Positions 58,657 through 64,000 of a stretch of 64,000 nt of DNA are shown one piece after another. The DNA is from an uncultured Erysipelotrichia bacterium (GTDB lineage: Bacteria > Bacillota_I > Bacilli_A > CAYWJS01). The notes below the pieces were generated by a model. It made no database searches, was not told the DNA's origin, and worked only from the letters and a program-made list of their open reading frames with translations. The stretch's first letter is position 1, and the number at the start of each line of letters is the position of its first letter. Location of the stretch: the NCBI GenBank assembly GCA_964458855.1, contig CAYWJS010000003.1:1957-65956 (forward strand). The letters are read 5' to 3'. Position numbers and translations under genes: made by a program.

Positions 58657-59521
58657 CACTCCCCTCACTAATAATTTCAAGTATTGCTTCCGCTAAAATT
58701 TTCCCTGCTGTTTTAGGAGCAACAAGTCCAGGTATTCCTAATACTAAATCAGCTTTTAAACCGCGTTTTTTGGCATACTCAAAATCTACTCCTCCTGGTT
58801 TGCTTGAAATATCTAAAATAAATGTATTAACATTTACCTCATCTAAAATATCTCGCGTTATAACAAGAGCTGGTACTGTATTAATAATAATATTTGCATC
58901 AGAAATTTTTGCTTTTACTTTCTCAATATATAGAGGATTCATTTTTAATTCTTTAACGCGAGCATAATTTTTTTTGCTTCTAACTACTACTGTTACATTA
59001 GCACCTAAATTTTTTAAGGTTCTTGCTAAAGTTTCCCCAACACGACCAAACCCAAAAACATAAATATTAGAACCAAAAATTGTGTAATCTGTATTTTCAA
59101 CAAGCATCATAATAACGCCTTCTACTGTTGGAATTGAATTATAAATTGCAACATCATCACGCTCCATTAAAATATAAGCATCACGGTTTGCAAATTCTAA
59201 CATTTCTTCTAATCTTTTGGTTTTAATTCCAGTAAATATTTTTACATTTTCTTTTGTATTACTAAAAAAATTAAGGGGTAATATAAAGTCTTCATTAGAA
59301 AATAAAGTCCTAACTTTTCCTTCATCTGAAACCCCGTTAACTGGTAAAATTATTACATCATAAATATTAATATTTAACTCTTTTAAACTAACTTTTCTTG
59401 CCTCAACAAATGATTGCATAAGTTGATGGAATCCTAAAAGATGAATATTTGCTTTTTTTTCTTTGAAAATTCTAATCATTTCCAGTTGTCTTTGGTCGCC
59501 ACCAACAAATAAAACATTCAT
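58643..59521 (-). CDS. dpaA: Dipicolinate synthase subunit A
   Basis: 292 aa; Rossmann-like GFGRVG motif; immediately upstream of dpaB. Confidence 0.8.
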   Translation of the reverse strand: MNVLFVGGDQRQLEMIRIFKEKKANIHLLGFHQLMQSFVEARKVSLKELNINIYDVIILPVNGVSDEGKVRTLFSNEDFILPLNFFSNTKENVKIFTGIKTKRLEEMLEFANRDAYILMERDDVAIYNSIPTVEGVIMMLVENTDYTIFGSNIYVFGFGRVGETLARTLKNLGANVTVVVRSKKNYARVKELKMNPLYIEKVKAKISDANIIINTVPALVITRDILDEVNVNTFILDISSKPGGVDFEYAKKRGLKADLVLGIPGLVAPKTAGKILAEAILEIISEGSDESV

Positions 59522-59543
59522 TATAACACCTCATTTTCTAATC

Positions 59544-59552
59544 TATTGTATG
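59544..59552 (-). promoter_or_regulatory. Candidate sigma-K-type -10 element (CATACAATA, matching CATAnnnTA) upstream of dpaA
   Basis: Read directly on minus strand about 20 nt upstream of the dpaA ATG; single-motif match only. Confidence 0.25.
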
Positions 59553-59573
59553 AATAATGGTGGCTTTGGTTCT

Positions 59574-60455
59574 CTAACGATTAGAACTTAGGTGTTCTTT
59601 TAAAGGCATAATTTTGAGTTTTTTTACTTTTGCTACTTCCTTAATAACATTTAAATACGTGTCAAGTTTTTCATCATTTGGAACATGAATTATTACTCCA
59701 GCACTTATTTTTTTTATAAGTTCAAGTTTTAAAGAATTATTAGAAAGCATACTTAATTCTTTTAAAAAAACAGTCGGAAGAACAAATTTTGTTTTTGCAT
59801 TATCAATTGTTTTCAAAAAATCAACATCATATTCTTTTTTTTCATTGCTTACATAAAGAGGTTTGTTCATTGTTAGGGTATTAATATCATTTTTAGTACT
59901 TACAATCTCTTCTTTTTTAGTTGCATTAATTTCAAGTTCATGACCATTAATATAAAGACGCATTGCATCTACCTTATTTTTATTCAACCAATTCTTACTA
60001 ATAAAAAAAGTTGCTTTCAAATCATACTTTATAAGTAGTTTAAAATGTTCTTCTATTTCTTCATTTTCATTTAAATAAAATATAATACTTGCCCCTTCTT
60101 TCTTTGGGTTTCCTTCTTTAATTATTTTTTCTTTATAATTCCATATTGTCTTTTCTGGTGTTGTTTCTTTTAAAACTAATAAATCCACATCAAATTTTCC
60201 CTTTTCTTTCATTACATAATAACTTTTATTTACATCTATTTTGATTCCATTATAACCAGGAATAACTTGATTATTGGAAATTAAATATGCATTAAAGGCT
60301 TCTTCATAGTATTCATCTTTTAATTTGTTTATTTCAATCATGATTGGATCTCGATTTTTCATAATAGTTACAATTTGGTCAGTGGTATAAAAAGAACCTA
60401 AAATAAGAATTGTTAATATAAAAAATTTCAATGCTTTTTTCATCTTATCACCCAT
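59574..60455 (-). CDS. Secreted/membrane-anchored hypothetical protein; in the position occupied by the sporulation deacetylase YlxY in Bacillus, but NodB motifs not recognisable
   Basis: 293 aa; N-terminal hydrophobic segment. Confidence 0.35.
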   Translation of the reverse strand: MGDKMKKALKFFILTILILGSFYTTDQIVTIMKNRDPIMIEINKLKDEYYEEAFNAYLISNNQVIPGYNGIKIDVNKSYYVMKEKGKFDVDLLVLKETTPEKTIWNYKEKIIKEGNPKKEGASIIFYLNENEEIEEHFKLLIKYDLKATFFISKNWLNKNKVDAMRLYINGHELEINATKKEEIVSTKNDINTLTMNKPLYVSNEKKEYDVDFLKTIDNAKTKFVLPTVFLKELSMLSNNSLKLELIKKISAGVIIHVPNDEKLDTYLNVIKEVAKVKKLKIMPLKEHLSSNR

Positions 60456-60507
60456 TAAATTATATGAAAATAAAAAATAAAAAAAACCTATTTAAAAATA
60501 GGTTTTT

Positions 60508-60948
60508 TTACTCTAATGTTAAAGTTTTTTCTTTTTCTTTATATCTTGTGTAGGCGTTATCTTTTGCATTAAGTTCTGGTAATAAATCATGAATAAAGGT
60601 AGCTAAACCATAATCTAAATCGCTTCCCAAATTTTTTACTGTTTCTGAAAACTTCTTAGATAGATGTGATACTCCATGATGATGAGCAACTTCTAAAACT
60701 AAATTGCTTGAAACTTCTTTACAGTTAAAAAATTCTCTCAACTTATCTAGTAATTCTTCGCTACATTTTTTTCTTAAATAATTATTATTTAAAATATATA
60801 TAATTTCATTTGCAAGTTGAATTTTTTGGGTTTTATCTAAATCTTTTTTTACACCCTCTACATTATTATAAGGATAGTTTTTTACATACTCTTCAAAAAA
60901 ATTAATTGAAGAAAGAAAATTTATTACTTTTTCAGCATCATACCCCAT
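60508..60948 (-). CDS. Hypothetical protein
   Basis: 146 aa; own terminator downstream; no family recognised. Confidence 0.35.
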   Translation of the reverse strand: MGYDAEKVINFLSSINFFEEYVKNYPYNNVEGVKKDLDKTQKIQLANEIIYILNNNYLRKKCSEELLDKLREFFNCKEVSSNLVLEVAHHHGVSHLSKKFSETVKNLGSDLDYGLATFIHDLLPELNAKDNAYTRYKEKEKTLTLE

Positions 60949-61035
60949 AAATTTACCACCACTTTCAAAATTTTACTATATATATTAATACTTGTATTAT
61001 GAACTGTCAAGTTTTTACAATATTTTTAGTTGCTT

Positions 61036-63144
61036 TTAAGAATTTGTTTGCTTTAAAGCTTCTTTTCGTGATAAATTTAGTCTTCCTCGCTCATCACGCT
61101 CAATTACTTTTACTAAAATTTCATCACCAATTTTTACAACATCTTCTGCTTTTTCTACTCGTTTTTCATCTAATTGAGAAATATGAATTAGTCCTTCACA
61201 ACCTGGCCACAGCTCAACAAATACTCCAAACTTTTCAATGCGGATAACTTTTGCACTATATATCTCTCCAATTTTTGCTTCTCTTGTTAATTCTTCAATT
61301 ATTTTTGCTGCTTTTTCAATCATTGCATAATCATGGTGATAAATTATAATTCTTCCATCTTGTTCAATATCAATCTTAACATCATCTGATTCCTCAATAA
61401 TTTTGTTAATTACTTTTCCACCTGGACCAATAATATCTCGAATTTGATCTGGATCAATTCTTAATTGTTTAATTTTTGGTGCATACTTACTTAACTCTTT
61501 GCGTGGTTCACTAATTGTTTCATTCATATTTTTAAGAATTTCCATTCTTCCTTTTCGGGCTTGTTCAAGTGCGTCTTTTAAAATTTTTTCGCTTAATCCT
61601 GAAATTTTAATATCCATCTGTAAAGCACAAATACCATTTTTTGTTCCAGCTACTTTAAAATCCATATCTCCTGATCGATCTTCTATTCCTTGAATATCAG
61701 TTAAAATTATATGTTTTTTTCCATTACTTATAAGTCCCATTGCAATACCTGCAACTTGGTCTTTAATTGGTACCCCTGCTGACATTAAAGCCATAGAAGC
61801 AGCACAAATACTTGCTTGGCTACTTGAACCATTACTTTCTAAAACCTCTGATACAAGTCTAATTGTATAAGGGAATTCCTCTTCTGAAGGAATTACTTGT
61901 AAAAGAGCTCGTTCTCCTAAAGCACCATGACCAATTTCGCGTCTGCCTGGTGCTCCATATCTTCCAACTTCTCCAACACTGAATGCTGGGAAATTGTAAT
62001 GGTGCATAAAACGCTTATCTTCTTCAACACCTAAACCATCTAAAATTTGGTGTTCACCAAGTGCTCCAAGCGTACAAACACTTAATACTTGTGTTTGTCC
62101 TCTTGTAAATAATGCTGAACCATGAGTTCTCGGTAAAATATCAACTTGTGAGTTTAAAGCACGAATCTCATCTGGTTTTCTTCCGTCTGGTCGAATCTTT
62201 TTCTCAATAATTAATTTTCTAACTTCTTCTCTTTCAATATCATCTAAAACTAATATTACTTGTTTTAAAATTTCTTCAAGCTTTTCATCTTCACTATACT
62301 CATTTTCAATTTGTTCTAAAACTTGTTCTCTTATAGCGTTTAATTTTTCTTCCCGTTCTTTTTTCTCTTTTGTTTGAATTGCTGTTATTATTTTCTCTCT
62401 TGCAATATTTTCCACCTTATTTTTCAAAATGTCATCTGCTTCAAACATTTCAAAAGCAAATTTTTCGCGTCCTACTTCTTTTATTATTTTATTTTGAAAT
62501 TCAATTAACTTCTTAATTGCCTTATGACCAAACATAATTGCACTCAATATATCTTTTTCTGGCACCTCTTTTGCATCAGCTTCTACCATGTTAACTGCAT
62601 CCGTTGTTCCTGCAACTGTTAAATTAATATCACTTTTTTCAAGTTCAGAAGGAGTTGGGTTAATTATAAACTTACCATCAATCCTTCCTACTACTACTCC
62701 TGCTACAGGACCATTAAATGGAATTTCAGAAATTGAAAGTGCTAAAGAAGATGCAAAAAGGGCAGTCAGTTCCGGTGATTTATCTTGGTCAACAGATAGT
62801 ACTGTATTTACTACTTGTACTTCATTACGAAAACCTTCTGGAAATAATGGACGGAGCGGACGGTCAATTAAGCGTGCTGTTAAAGTTGCATGCTCACTTG
62901 GACGTCCTTCCCTTTTAATAAATCCACCCGGAATTTTTCCCACAGCATAAAATTTTTCATTATATAAAACTGTAAGTGGAAAAAAATCTAAATTCATTTG
63001 GTCTTTTGAAACTGTTACAGCAGTTAAAACAGCTGTATCACCATACCTTACTAAACAAGCAGAATTTGCTTGTTTGGCAAGTTCTCCAATTTCAATAACG
63101 ATTTTAGTATTATTAAATTCTAATTCAAACACTCTTTTCTCCAT
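61036..63144 (-). CDS. pnp: Polyribonucleotide nucleotidyltransferase (PNPase)
   Basis: 702 aa; two RNase PH domains, KH and S1 domains. Confidence 0.9.
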   Translation of the reverse strand: MEKRVFELEFNNTKIVIEIGELAKQANSACLVRYGDTAVLTAVTVSKDQMNLDFFPLTVLYNEKFYAVGKIPGGFIKREGRPSEHATLTARLIDRPLRPLFPEGFRNEVQVVNTVLSVDQDKSPELTALFASSLALSISEIPFNGPVAGVVVGRIDGKFIINPTPSELEKSDINLTVAGTTDAVNMVEADAKEVPEKDILSAIMFGHKAIKKLIEFQNKIIKEVGREKFAFEMFEADDILKNKVENIAREKIITAIQTKEKKEREEKLNAIREQVLEQIENEYSEDEKLEEILKQVILVLDDIEREEVRKLIIEKKIRPDGRKPDEIRALNSQVDILPRTHGSALFTRGQTQVLSVCTLGALGEHQILDGLGVEEDKRFMHHYNFPAFSVGEVGRYGAPGRREIGHGALGERALLQVIPSEEEFPYTIRLVSEVLESNGSSSQASICAASMALMSAGVPIKDQVAGIAMGLISNGKKHIILTDIQGIEDRSGDMDFKVAGTKNGICALQMDIKISGLSEKILKDALEQARKGRMEILKNMNETISEPRKELSKYAPKIKQLRIDPDQIRDIIGPGGKVINKIIEESDDVKIDIEQDGRIIIYHHDYAMIEKAAKIIEELTREAKIGEIYSAKVIRIEKFGVFVELWPGCEGLIHISQLDEKRVEKAEDVVKIGDEILVKVIERDERGRLNLSRKEALKQTNS

Positions 63145-63229
63145 AACAATCTCCTTACTTATATAGACTACATCTTTTATTATAATACCATAAAATTTAA
63201 ATAAATAGAAAATAAGTTGCTATAGCAAC

Positions 63230-63499
63230 TTATTTTCTTAATTTTAATTTATCAATTATATTGCGATAACTATTTATATCCTTTTTCTTTAAATGTTCTA
63301 ATAATTTGCGACGATGCCCAACTTTTTGAAACAACCCTCTTCGTGAATGGAAATCATGTTTATGTGTCTGCAAGTGTTTTGTTAAAAGTTCAATTTCCTT
63401 AGTTAAAAGGGCAATCTGTACTTCTGGTGATCCTGTGTCACCTTCGTGTTTTGCAAACTTTTTTATAATCTTTTCCTTTTGTTCTTTTGTTAAAGCCAT
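63230..63499 (-). CDS. rpsO: 30S ribosomal protein S15
   Basis: 89 aa; canonical S15 sequence (…[14 protein letters not shown]…). Confidence 0.9.
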   Translation of the reverse strand: MALTKEQKEKIIKKFAKHEGDTGSPEVQIALLTKEIELLTKHLQTHKHDFHSRRGLFQKVGHRRKLLEHLKKKDINSYRNIIDKLKLRK

Positions 63500-63620
63500 C
63501 TTTTTACTCCTTTCTTTATTTTACCCCTAAATCCAAGTTTAACATCGGAGTATAAGTTAAACCTCGAAATAGGACAAAACTATTATAACTTATTACTTAA
63601 TTATAATCAATTAAAAATTT

Positions 63621-64000
63621 TTATATACCTCGCATGCAACTATAAGTATTATTATTTTCTTTTTTATAAATAGCAAGTTCTTCATAATTATCATTTAAAA
63701 TCAGTACTATATCATCTTTTATATTTAATTTAATTTTTGCTCCGTTTTTTACCTTTTTTTCAAGCTCTTTTTTTACAATTACTTGTTTGCAATTTTTTAG
63801 TGCTTCTTTAATACTTAATAAAGTGTACTCTTTTTTTTCAAGTTTTTCTAAAGTAATACATTCATTTAAAGTATACATTCCTTGTTTTGTCCGAACAAGT
63901 CTTCCTAAATGAGCGGGATAACCCAATCTTTTTCCAATTTCTGTTACAAGGGTTCTAATATAGGTTCCTTTACTAACATTACATTTAATTTGAAACTTTA
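63621..64000 (-). CDS. truB: tRNA pseudouridine-55 synthase TruB, C-terminal part (5' end outside window)
   Basis: Hand translation upstream of the ORF-track start gives ...KGTYIRTLVTEIGKRLGYPAHLGRLVRT...; frame stays open to the window edge. Confidence 0.7.
   Translation of the reverse strand, partial: KFQIKCNVSKGTYIRTLVTEIGKRLGYPAHLGRLVRTKQGMYTLNECITLEKLEKKEYTLLSIKEALKNCKQVIVKKELEKKVKNGAKIKLNIKDDIVLILNDNYEELAIYKKENNNTYSCMRGI

Noticed and set aside
62588-62950. 120-aa and 66-aa plus-strand ORFs inside pnp
   Set aside because: Antisense to PNPase; spurious.
1-64000. Alternative genetic code with TGA as a sense codon
   Set aside because: Genes of expected full length are intact under the standard code, and at least one well-supported gene (pilin at 4280) terminates with TGA at the expected C-terminus.
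1-64000. CRISPR array
   Set aside because: No series of short direct repeats with unique spacers; the only notable direct repeat is the two-copy 95-bp tandem duplication at 28506-28695.
1-64000. Transposase, integrase or other mobile-element gene
   Set aside because: No ORF has DDE transposase or recombinase-like motifs that I could recognise; the McrBC island shows compositional evidence of transfer but no visible mobility gene inside the window.

Overview
This window reads as chromosomal DNA from a very AT-rich, endospore-forming Firmicute (Clostridia-like). Most of it is conserved core genome, almost all on the minus strand: the rlmN-prpC-prkC-rsgA-rpe block, trpS, gltX, alr, scpAB, the spoIIAA-spoIIAB-sigF-spoVAC/AD/AEb sporulation cluster, ftsK/spoIIIE, rnj, dapA-lysC-asd, dipicolinate synthase dpaAB, pnp, rpsO and a partial truB, plus three tRNA genes and many hairpin terminators. 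Three blocks break this pattern. (1) The left ~4.2 kb is visibly GC-richer by eye and carries a McrBC-type modification-dependent restriction module whose McrB has a ~600-aa N-terminal extension with two PUA-like reader domains; an unknown gene runs off the window start. (2) A plus-strand block at 24.1-29.6 kb encodes a thioredoxin-like protein, a Trx-CcdA fusion, nrdD-nrdG and a pilin-like gene preceded by a perfect 95-bp tandem duplication of its promoter and 5' end. (3) A HerA-like ATPase plus small membrane protein sit between a DacF-like carboxypeptidase and spoIIAA, next to a tail-anchored PASTA-repeat protein. Other points of interest are an in-frame TGA splitting a dehydratase-like gene, a divergent XRE pair with a triple AAGTTAAC operator, a tail-less SSB, and a 56-codon basic ORF with its own RBS and terminator. 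I cannot say from sequence alone which, if any, is a genuinely undescribed system; the best candidates are the HerA-like/membrane pair and the extended McrBC island. All calls rest on hand-read motifs and remembered family signatures, not on database searches.
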